Assembly (NCBI GenBank): GCA_002269645.1
Contig: NIVC01002610.1
Span: 1 to 64,000, forward strand
Source: Macrostomum lignano
Taxonomy: Eukaryota
Direction: 5' to 3'
DNA: 64,000 nucleotides
The notes beneath the pieces were generated by a model. That model saw only the letters and a list, made by a program, of their open reading frames with translations, made no database searches and was not told the DNA's origin. The position numbers and the translations under genes were made by a program. Numbering within the stretch: the stretch's first letter is position 1; every line of letters starts with the position of its first letter. Positions 46,657 through 55,384 of this stretch are shown here, piece by piece.

Positions 46657-49324
46657 CAAAGAATATATAGCTCGTACTTATAAGTCTTAACTGTCGAAAA
46701 TCAAATACTTTGGTATTCGTTTGCTTTGCTATATCCTCGATCTGTTTCCTGTTAAAGTTCTTGTTGCTTAAATTAATAAAAACAGTGAATTTCTCGCTCA
46801 TAATCTATGGCAATTTATCGTGACTTAACAGCTTCATTAAAAAATGCATTAAAAACGATAGTCTATATGATAATAAGAATTATTAAGCAGCGCTAAGCTT
46901 TGCTTTTAAAATATACAAGTTGAAGAAACATTAACTAGATACTTAAATGCATACGAGATTTTTTACTTATTGAAGTTGGCCATAGATTATTGCAGCGGAC
47001 GGGATGCCGTGCGTTTCACCCCGTTTCAACACGCCTAGGCTAACTATAACTTTCGTCACTGCTCTGCTCGCTAAATTCTTCGTCTGCCATATCTATGTTT
47101 GTCTAATGAAATCTGTTTTCTATGGTCTAAGGCTTGCACAACTGTGGAAAGGATTAATAGCGCGCCCAAATTTCCAAATTGGTTGCTTCATAGACCCCCC
47201 TTTCGGGCCATAGACAATGAAAAGCAAGTCTTCAATATAGTTTGATTTTCCCACTAAGGATAAAATTTCTTGCTCCTAGGCTCAATTGGCTTGAAAAATG
47301 CTATATTATATTATCTGAATTTTTGCCATACATATTTTGTGAATTAAGCCTTAGAATATATTCAGTGGTTTAGCAGTTCAGCAGTTATTCGAAGTAATTG
47401 TGTAGAAAGCTTATAAGGAGGGTGGAGAGCAGCTTTATAATAATTGCGTCTTAAACACTGACTTTCCCCCCCATGAGTCTGGGCACCACAACATTCGTCA
47501 TTGATAACTTGCATGTCTAACATGCCCTCAGGGACTACTAAAACACTGTTCATGGATCCGTAGTAAACAGCTGCAAATATTAATTTGTTTAAATAGATGT
47601 TTTTAGAAGCAAAGTTGCATTGTTAAAGTCTGCTTTAGCTGATAGCATCGATTCCTTAACAGCGCTTGTTTATCAGTTATTGTACTAATCCCTCAGTATA
47701 TGGCCGCTAATCTGTAAGAGTTCTGTAGTAGTCTCTAAGCAGTTTTTTCACCTATTATTTTGACATAAAACAACTTCAAAAGGTTTTATTTCTAACAATT
47801 GTGACAGGTCTCTACGTCTTTTCCTAACGATGCCACCAATTTGTTGTAGGGGTCTTTCCTTTCCTAAGAAATTATTCCACAGCTATCACCAATTAGTGAC
47901 AGCTAGGTATTCTGGTTCTCTCTTTATAATCCCTCAGCTGATATCAATTTGTTATTGGACCGGTGGGGGGGTTCTTAGCCTTAGGATTGTGGGAAAGAAT
48001 TCTATTTCTAATCTGATTCGAGTGTACTTTATTGATACTCTAGTAGCGTTTATTACAGAATGTCTTACAGGGAGGCAGCACGCCTGATAGACTGGGAGTC
48101 TAGGGGATAGGCAAAACGCCTGGTAGACAGTAAGTTTAGGGAGATAGGCCGAACGCTTAATGGACAGTACGTCTAAAAACTACGCCTAAATCGGACAATA
48201 CGCCCTTGAGGTTGGAAGAAGGCAGAATGCCTGTACTGGGCACTGGGCAGCACGCTCTTGGGGAAGAGAGAGAGAGAGAGACAACACGCCTCTATTGAAC
48301 AGCACTGTTGTACCTTGGGAGAAAGAGGCAAAATCTTCCCAAGTAAGTGATAATGACAAATATGCTATTTTTAGAACAAAAATATCAGACACTCGGATCG
48401 AGGCAAGTATTAGGCAAGAGCCCAGGAGCAAGAAGTTGGTCTTTCACTTGTGTTTTTCGTCGGTATATTTAATAAGAAAATGAAGATGGCGGTTTCTTTA
48501 AAACAAACTACAGTATTTATACGTGTCTTTTAAATACAATAGGTGCAAAATATCAGTTTTTATCAGTGCGCTAATAAAATATGGTTAGAAAAATTATTTC
48601 ATTTTTTCAAGTTTCAAATTTCAAATTTTTTCAAGGAGATAGAAAATAATGCTAACCACCTATATAATCGCCTAATCACCTAGTAACCATAGTAATCACC
48701 AGAGATCCATAGCCACTCTAAGGACCTCCATGACAAACATGTACTTTTAAATTTCACCGACGCTTAGCCGACGTATAATGACGTTATCTGTCGATGTAAC
48801 GTAGAGTGCATATTTTATACTCTCGGATTGTATACAGTCTAGTCGGATTGCTGTACCGGTATAATGAAATTGGGGATGTTGCCTCGCAAAGTAGCGGCCT
48901 AACTAATTCAGAACAAATATCACGTATGATCATAGCTATTGGTTTTACTCGTACCGCATTTCACACTCGCACTCGTAAAATATAGTTTCACATTTATACG
49001 TACAGAAACACCGCTTTTAAGGCTTTGAACTTTCCTTAACAAGGTCCACCAAACTTTTGTGGTTTTTAATCCGATTCTTCTTATTTTTCTTCCTAGATGT
49101 CTGGCTCTCTGACCCTCTTGGTAATCTCCAAATTTGACAAGAGCAAATCTAATAATTTGTTATTAGAAATGAGAGCATTTCTCTAAGCACTACGATCGTA
49201 GCATAGAACTCAATTATAAGTACTCGTAATCGACCAGTTCCTGAAAAATCTCAGCACATGAGACTGTCTAAGTGCTTATAATTAATCCGTGCTAAGTACT
49301 TTGAGCTTAATTCGAAATTGCAGA

Positions 49325-52300
49325 ATGGGCAATACTGGAAGCAAACTGAGCAACAATACTGATGAGCATTGGAGCGTAGCTGCAAAATACAAAGTCGTTG
49401 GATGGAGCGCTGGCGATGGCATCATTCATGTGGGCCCTTGGGAATCAACACATTATGACTATAAGGGTTTTCCTGTTAACATCTATTTTAAACACAAGAC
49501 GCATAGTTTGTCAGATACGGTTAGTGACTCAGATATGAAATCATGGTGCTACGGTTTCACAAACATGGAATGGAAACTGCATTCACCATCAGAAGGCGTC
49601 ATCCATCTGGAATATAATGGAGGATATGTTGCAAACTACAAATACGAAACCAGATCGATGTTCGCCGCGAGAATGCGCAGAGAAAAAGAGCAGAGAATGC
49701 AAGGGGCGCTGGAGCAGCTGAAGCAGGGCGACAGGGAGCAGGCACTTTTTGATCAAAATAGGGCGGAGCAGCAGAAGGCTAAACAAAGTGCGATGCAAAC
49801 TGAAAACAGACAGAAGTGGGAAATTTTGAATGCTGAGCGACACAGAGCTTTGGTGAACTTCAACCATAAAACCAATGATTTCAGCAGAAGATGCGAGGCG
49901 ACGAGGCAAGAGAGATTGGCCAAATACGAGGCGAGTAAAAAGCAAACCGAAACAGATCGAGCAGAACACTTTGCCAGATTGCAGAAGCAAGCAAGAGACA
50001 GAACAGAATGCGAACAGCTATCTTTGGCTGATGAACAGGAGCAGGCAAATGCTATTCGCAAACAGAGACTTGAAGATTTTCAGCGTCAAAAAGTGAGAAT
50101 CGCTTCAGAAACTAGCGAAAAAATTAGCAGTCTTTACAAGGAAGCTCAGGAAACCAGAGCTCGTTTGAGAGCTCAGTTTGAAGAGAGAAAAAGTACTTTT
50201 CAGGAACAGATGGAGCAAAAGAAAGCGCAGATGCAGCAGCAAAGCTCGGAGATGCAGGAGAGGCTGCAGTTGCAGCACAGGCAGTTGGAAATTGGCAAAG
50301 AAGAACTTTACCGCGAGTTGGTTGACAGGGAGGCTGAAATTGCCCGAAAAATAGAAGAGCAGCGGCGGCATCGAGCGGAGAAGCAACGGGAGTCTGAGAA
50401 CCTGAAGAAAACAGAGCAGTTCAAGCGACAAATATTGATAGAGCTGGAGAGAGAGAGAGCCAAAGCTATGCGCAGACAATTTAAGAGTGTTAGCTACTCT
50501 ATTCAGCACGTCCGTGGGAAGAGCGCCCAAGGCTATTCTAATCCTGAAGTAAGCGAAGCATCCGAAGTGATGCTCAGAGACCAGTTTGAAGAAAATGTTG
50601 AAGGTGCTTTGATGAAAGTTCTAGCCAGTCTGTCCAATGCTATCGAGGATGATTCCAATCAGGAACTGTCAGTAGCAGCTAATGTCAAAACAATTTCTGC
50701 AAAGGACGCTTTAGATTTATTTAACCGTGTCTGGAAATCAGAAGGTCATCCGTTCGGAAATGATCCAACATCTAGCCAGTTGTCTCTTCTACAACTATTG
50801 GATGAAAAATTCGCTCAACAGTGTTTAGATGCGGCTAATAAAGTCTTCCGAGAGATCTGCTTTCCAAATTTAGAACTCGACATAGTCAGCTATGGTCTGC
50901 TGGTTTTTGTCCTGCACAGCGAAAAATCCAACGATATCAAGCACGAACAAGACTTCAGTGCTCTCCGTCAGCAACTCAGCGACACAAGAATTGCACTGGC
51001 GCATATGAGAAAGCTCACTAGTGAAACAGCGCACAATGAACCCAGTCCTGTCACTGAAAGGCTGCTCCAGCTGCTAGTTGTGGCTGAAGATGTTATTCGA
51101 CTTTGGCCGATTCAACAAGACCCTGCTGCTGGTTTAAAGAGGCTCAGAGTCGTACTGGCAACGATGCTGAGGCATGCTGGTGTGTCGCAGTATTTGGATG
51201 AAAAATCCAACACTGAATGTGTCGTAGAGCTCATAACATCAATGCAGCATTGGGACCCTGTTAGCATGCTCAAGCTGATGGAATTTATACATACGAGTAG
51301 CACCGAGCCCGATCAAGTGAGAGAATTCGTGAAGATGATGGTGTTGAGCCGCGGCGACCCCAGATCTCTTTCGAGTCCTCGCGAGGCGATTACGGAAACT
51401 TATATTGCGAGCCTAAAAAAAGCTCAAGCATCACAGAAAACACTTGACCAGCTTCTCGATGAGCTGAAGAAGACAGGGCAGTTCGACGAGGGTCAACTTT
51501 CAGAACTTGCTGACGTAGTAAGAAAAGTTTTCACATATTTTGATTCGTCTGGGCTCGATAAAGCATTGCAGAAACTGAAAATATGGGAACGTGGTAAGGA
51601 ATCGCCACTGCACAAAATTCTGATTGATCTCTGTAAGGCAGTGCTGAAATGCAAGGGATATCTCCCAAGACATACACAAGTATTCAGTACTGCGGCCCTC
51701 CTAAACGCTTTTAAAAACAAAGCAAGTGGGCAAGTATTACAGATCCTGACTGGTGAAGGAAAATCCTGCATTGTTGCAATGTCTGCTGTAGGATTGGTGC
51801 GTCTTGGACAGAAATCTGTTGATGTCGTGGCTCCGTCAGAAGTTTTGGCTGCGAGAGACTGTAAGGAATGGAAAGATTTCTATAAAATATGCCATGTTTC
51901 AGTTGACTGCAACATTGAGCATGAAGATCCCAAAAAGTGCTATGAATCGTGCATAGTGTATGGCACAGTCTCTTCTTTCGCGGGCGACACATTGCGGCAT
52001 GAGTTCCAGTTCAAAGACATCCGCGGCTCACGAGGCTTTGATTCAATAATCGTGGATGAAGTTGACTCTCTGCTGCTGGACCAAGGTGTGCAGCTGACGT
52101 ATCTGGCTCAGGACGCAGGTGACATGAAAATGCTGGATCCAATTTTCGCTACTATCTTTAGAGCCACTCTGGGCTGCCACGTTCTCAACACAGCGCACGG
52201 AGGTGAGATGGTGGCAGAGCAACAAATGACTTTTCTCTACCTCATAAAAGAGTTCTTCTCGTATGATGAAGAGTTCAGCACTTTGGTCGAGCAACTTGAT

Positions 52301-55300
52301 CTCAAGCAGTTAATTAGTTCAGAGGAGAAACAGAGCTTCTTGGCTCAAAATGCCGAACCAGTCGATTTGTCAAACTTTGATATTAAAAGGACGATTCAGG
52401 TTCTTGAAGTTTCTGGAGAATTTTTGCAAAATTTTCCATCGTATACAATTTATACATTTAGAAATGCTGAAATCGAACCAGTGCGGCTTTGCCAAGATAG
52501 CTCATTTGATTTTTTAGTCCAAGATGGTGGAGTCTGCAATTTGCTTTTTGAAAATATCGATGACTTCAAAACGCGAAAGAAGGCCGATATCTTGTCGAGA
52601 ATAGACTACAGTACAACAATACTGGACCCTAAAGACGACGCCAAAAAGAAACAGAATGAAGAGGCCCAGCTGCCCATTCCATCGCATTTAAAGCAGTTCA
52701 TAGATGACATGCTGGATGTCTGGATCAACAGTGCCCTCACTGCAGGAGCTCTGCAACCCGGTAGAGACTACCTGCTTCAGGGTGGAGACGCTGTTCCAGT
52801 AGACTACAAGCACACAGGAGTGGTGCAGGAGAACATGAGATGGAGCGATGGGCTGCAGCAGTTTCTGCAGTTAAAACACAGTCTGCAAATGCGGCCTCTA
52901 GGATTGGAAACAAACTTCCTGTCAAACTTGGCCTTCTTCCGTCGATATGGCAAATCTGTGTTCGGTGTATCTGGAACTCTCGGAGAAGAGCATGAGAAAA
53001 ATTTCATGCGGGAAACTTACAAAGTGCAACTGAACTACATTCCTCCGTACAGGGAGCGCCGGCTTGTGGAGAACCCGGGCATTGTGACAGAAACCAAGTC
53101 AGAGTGCATCACGAAAATTTGCCAGCTAGTTACACAGGAGAGAAATCGGCCCAGCTTGATCGTGTGCGAGGATATCAACAGTGCCGACCTCATTTTCGAA
53201 GAGGTAACTCGCCGTTGTCACGGAGTTAAGACTAAAAAGTACGTCAAGAATGAGGACACAAAAGATGAACTTCAGGTGGGTCCCGGTGATGTTATTGTGG
53301 CCACGAATCTGGCAGGCAGGGGCACGGATGTGAAAGTGAGTGACGACGCGGAGACAGCGGGAGGTCTGCACGTTCTCGTCACATTCCTGCCTCTGAATCA
53401 GCGAGTTGAGGAGCAAGTGTTCGGCCGCAGTGGTCGCAAGGGCCAGCGGGGTTCAGCGACTTTGCTGCTAAGCAGAGAGGGCCTCAGTGCCTGCTTTTCA
53501 GACTGTGACTCTGTCGAAGAAATGAAGCAGGTGAGACGAGAGGCCAGCTTGCAGGAACTGAAGAATCATGAGGAGTTCGCGCTGCCGGAAGTTGAGTTCA
53601 AGGAGAATCTTTTCAAGTGTATCAGTCATTTGCTATCGGAGTATTATCATCAGATAAAGAAACCTCCCAGCTCTGGTACAGAGCTAGAAAAGCGTTGGTC
53701 AGAGACGGACCTAAAATTAAAAATGGATTATTTAAAAGAGATTTGGGGCATGCATCTCAAAAAGACACTCTGTCACATTACTGATTTCAGTATAGAGAGA
53801 ACAGCTCAGTGCATTGGAGAAGTTGAGAAAATGTTCCAGGAAGCAAAATCTAATGTCGAATCCGAGTGTTCATTGAGTCCTTTTCAAGCACTGAAGTTCG
53901 CAGAGAAAAGTGTAAGGCACGAAGATTTCGAGCGGGCCATTGATCTTTACACAAAAGCTATAAATATGAACAGCTCATGGTCGTCTATCGCGTACTACAA
54001 CAGAGCATACGCAAAAATAATGAAAGGCAACTGTGATATCAGAGAAGTGATGGACGACTTGAAAGACGCAAAAGCTCGGATTGCAGAAACTTGGCTGGCC
54101 CATGCCACGTGGACGCAGCTGTACTCTGGCGCAAGAATCCAGCAGGAAAACGCAAGCGATAATGACTGTGAGGAGGCTAAGAAGAAAACACCCAAAGACC
54201 AAGCGAATAAACAAGTTAAGGAAGAAGCCAGCCAAGATGTTCGAAGTGAAGCTGCAAACCCTCAGTTCCGTCAGTGCGTGGCTCGAATAAGGATAATCAG
54301 CAATTATAAAACCCAAATAGAAAAATGCCTGGAAAATCTGGAAGAGCACAGAAGAGCTGGTGATAAAATCATTGCTGTCAGCACTTGCATTAAGGAGATT
54401 GAGAAGGAGCCAGACAGCATTACACTTGACGAGCTCAAGTCACTGTACCATCTGGGTCATGTAAGATTTTTTGATGTACAAAAGAAGCCTTCATATACAT
54501 TAGCGATTGCTGTGGCGATTTTCGGTGCTTTTGAGATTGCACTTGGCAGCGCGCTGTGCTACTGTGGTCAGGTGAATGTCGGAAATTATTTTATCAATGA
54601 AGGCATTAATGATATAATGGCAGGTGTGATGGGAATGATTCAGGGTGATTTTAATTTAAAAGCCTGGCTAAAAAATAAAGCCATCAATATTGGTGTCAGC
54701 CTACTGACTTTTGGATTTAGAAAAGTTGCTAACTATCTTAAGTCTTCGGGAAAATTCGCATCTGTTGCGCAAAAAGTTAACTCAGCTGGGAGTACATTTT
54801 ACACTAAAGCCGCATCAGTACTGAACAAAGTGATTGGACAAAACGCTGTTAAGTTTATTAAGACCATAATGAGCAATCCAATTGTACAGAAAGTGACCGA
54901 TTACGCGATAAGTGTAGCTCAAAGGAAACTGCTCGATCAGTTAATTGAAAAGTTAAAGCAGGACGTCCAAAGCGACGTTAAAGAGAAGTGCGCCTCTGAG
55001 GCTGAAAGCGGAAAACTTCATGACATTGTTCTCCGACTGACTGCTCCTCTCTGCTTAGTAAAGGACCAGGAGACGAGTAAAATCGATTTATATGATTTTT
55101 CCACTCTAACTGATTCTCAAACCAAAATCATTTTACAGGCTCTTACCGCTATAGCACACGAAGCAACAGATGAATTAATGTCTGATGTAAAAAATACGGC
55201 CAAAGTAATTGAAGCAATTAATTCACGATTGACTGTACTAAAAGACGAGTTCTCGCAACTCTTCAAAGGTATTCTGTCTTTTGTAAGACTGGCATCAGTA

Positions 55301-55384
55301 GCAGTGGATTCGGCAGCAATAGCAGAGCATGCAAAAACATTAAACAGCCTGGTAGGCAATACCAGGTGGACAAATTATTGCTGA
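49325..55384 (+). CDS. Eukaryotic SecA-like SF2 ATPase with N-terminal coiled coil, TPRs and a hydrophobic hairpin; probably continues into 55366..62793
   Basis: SecA motifs: QILTGEGKS (Walker A, ~51740-51766), VYGTVSSFAGDTLR, IIVDEVDSLLLD, RWSDGLQQFLQLKH, GVSGTLG, VATNLAGRGTDV, GGLHV...RVEEQVFGRSGRKGQRGS. TPR: AIDLYTKAINMN...AYYNRAYA. ATG at 49325 follows TTGCAG|A. Confidence 0.88.
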   Translation: MGNTGSKLSNNTDEHWSVAAKYKVVGWSAGDGIIHVGPWESTHYDYKGFPVNIYFKHKTHSLSDTVSDSDMKSWCYGFTNMEWKLHSPSEGVIHLEYNGGYVANYKYETRSMFAARMRREKEQRMQGALEQLKQGDREQALFDQNRAEQQKAKQSAMQTENRQKWEILNAERHRALVNFNHKTNDFSRRCEATRQERLAKYEASKKQTETDRAEHFARLQKQARDRTECEQLSLADEQEQANAIRKQRLEDFQRQKVRIASETSEKISSLYKEAQETRARLRAQFEERKSTFQEQMEQKKAQMQQQSSEMQERLQLQHRQLEIGKEELYRELVDREAEIARKIEEQRRHRAEKQRESENLKKTEQFKRQILIELERERAKAMRRQFKSVSYSIQHVRGKSAQGYSNPEVSEASEVMLRDQFEENVEGALMKVLASLSNAIEDDSNQELSVAANVKTISAKDALDLFNRVWKSEGHPFGNDPTSSQLSLLQLLDEKFAQQCLDAANKVFREICFPNLELDIVSYGLLVFVLHSEKSNDIKHEQDFSALRQQLSDTRIALAHMRKLTSETAHNEPSPVTERLLQLLVVAEDVIRLWPIQQDPAAGLKRLRVVLATMLRHAGVSQYLDEKSNTECVVELITSMQHWDPVSMLKLMEFIHTSSTEPDQVREFVKMMVLSRGDPRSLSSPREAITETYIASLKKAQASQKTLDQLLDELKKTGQFDEGQLSELADVVRKVFTYFDSSGLDKALQKLKIWERGKESPLHKILIDLCKAVLKCKGYLPRHTQVFSTAALLNAFKNKASGQVLQILTGEGKSCIVAMSAVGLVRLGQKSVDVVAPSEVLAARDCKEWKDFYKICHVSVDCNIEHEDPKKCYESCIVYGTVSSFAGDTLRHEFQFKDIRGSRGFDSIIVDEVDSLLLDQGVQLTYLAQDAGDMKMLDPIFATIFRATLGCHVLNTAHGGEMVAEQQMTFLYLIKEFFSYDEEFSTLVEQLDLKQLISSEEKQSFLAQNAEPVDLSNFDIKRTIQVLEVSGEFLQNFPSYTIYTFRNAEIEPVRLCQDSSFDFLVQDGGVCNLLFENIDDFKTRKKADILSRIDYSTTILDPKDDAKKKQNEEAQLPIPSHLKQFIDDMLDVWINSALTAGALQPGRDYLLQGGDAVPVDYKHTGVVQENMRWSDGLQQFLQLKHSLQMRPLGLETNFLSNLAFFRRYGKSVFGVSGTLGEEHEKNFMRETYKVQLNYIPPYRERRLVENPGIVTETKSECITKICQLVTQERNRPSLIVCEDINSADLIFEEVTRRCHGVKTKKYVKNEDTKDELQVGPGDVIVATNLAGRGTDVKVSDDAETAGGLHVLVTFLPLNQRVEEQVFGRSGRKGQRGSATLLLSREGLSACFSDCDSVEEMKQVRREASLQELKNHEEFALPEVEFKENLFKCISHLLSEYYHQIKKPPSSGTELEKRWSETDLKLKMDYLKEIWGMHLKKTLCHITDFSIERTAQCIGEVEKMFQEAKSNVESECSLSPFQALKFAEKSVRHEDFERAIDLYTKAINMNSSWSSIAYYNRAYAKIMKGNCDIREVMDDLKDAKARIAETWLAHATWTQLYSGARIQQENASDNDCEEAKKKTPKDQANKQVKEEASQDVRSEAANPQFRQCVARIRIISNYKTQIEKCLENLEEHRRAGDKIIAVSTCIKEIEKEPDSITLDELKSLYHLGHVRFFDVQKKPSYTLAIAVAIFGAFEIALGSALCYCGQVNVGNYFINEGINDIMAGVMGMIQGDFNLKAWLKNKAINIGVSLLTFGFRKVANYLKSSGKFASVAQKVNSAGSTFYTKAASVLNKVIGQNAVKFIKTIMSNPIVQKVTDYAISVAQRKLLDQLIEKLKQDVQSDVKEKCASEAESGKLHDIVLRLTAPLCLVKDQETSKIDLYDFSTLTDSQTKIILQALTAIAHEATDELMSDVKNTAKVIEAINSRLTVLKDEFSQLFKGILSFVRLASVAVDSAAIAEHAKTLNSLVGNTRWTNYC

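Larger units (their letters stand above)
44080..47305. mobile_element. Crypton-like tyrosine-recombinase element bounded by ~170-bp imperfect inverted repeats
   Basis: 44080-44250 (TATAGCATTTTCCAAGCCAATTGAGCCTA...GTGGGAAAATCA...TGAAGACTTG.TTTTCATTGTCTATGGCCC...GGGCGCGC) is the reverse complement of 47141-47305. The repeats enclose a YR ORF. Confidence 0.75.

Noticed and set aside
48060-48300. Loose ~37-bp repeats with an ACGCC...GACAG core upstream of the SecA-like gene
   Set aside because: Too degenerate to define a unit or assign a function by eye.
29856-55384. Bacterial contamination as the source of the SecA-like and FHA-like ORFs
   Set aside because: There is no operon structure or Shine-Dalgarno context. 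The ORFs are interleaved with eukaryotic TEs, preceded by splice acceptors, and the SecA-like protein carries a myristoylation-type start and non-bacterial domain additions. A chimeric join cannot be fully excluded without reads.
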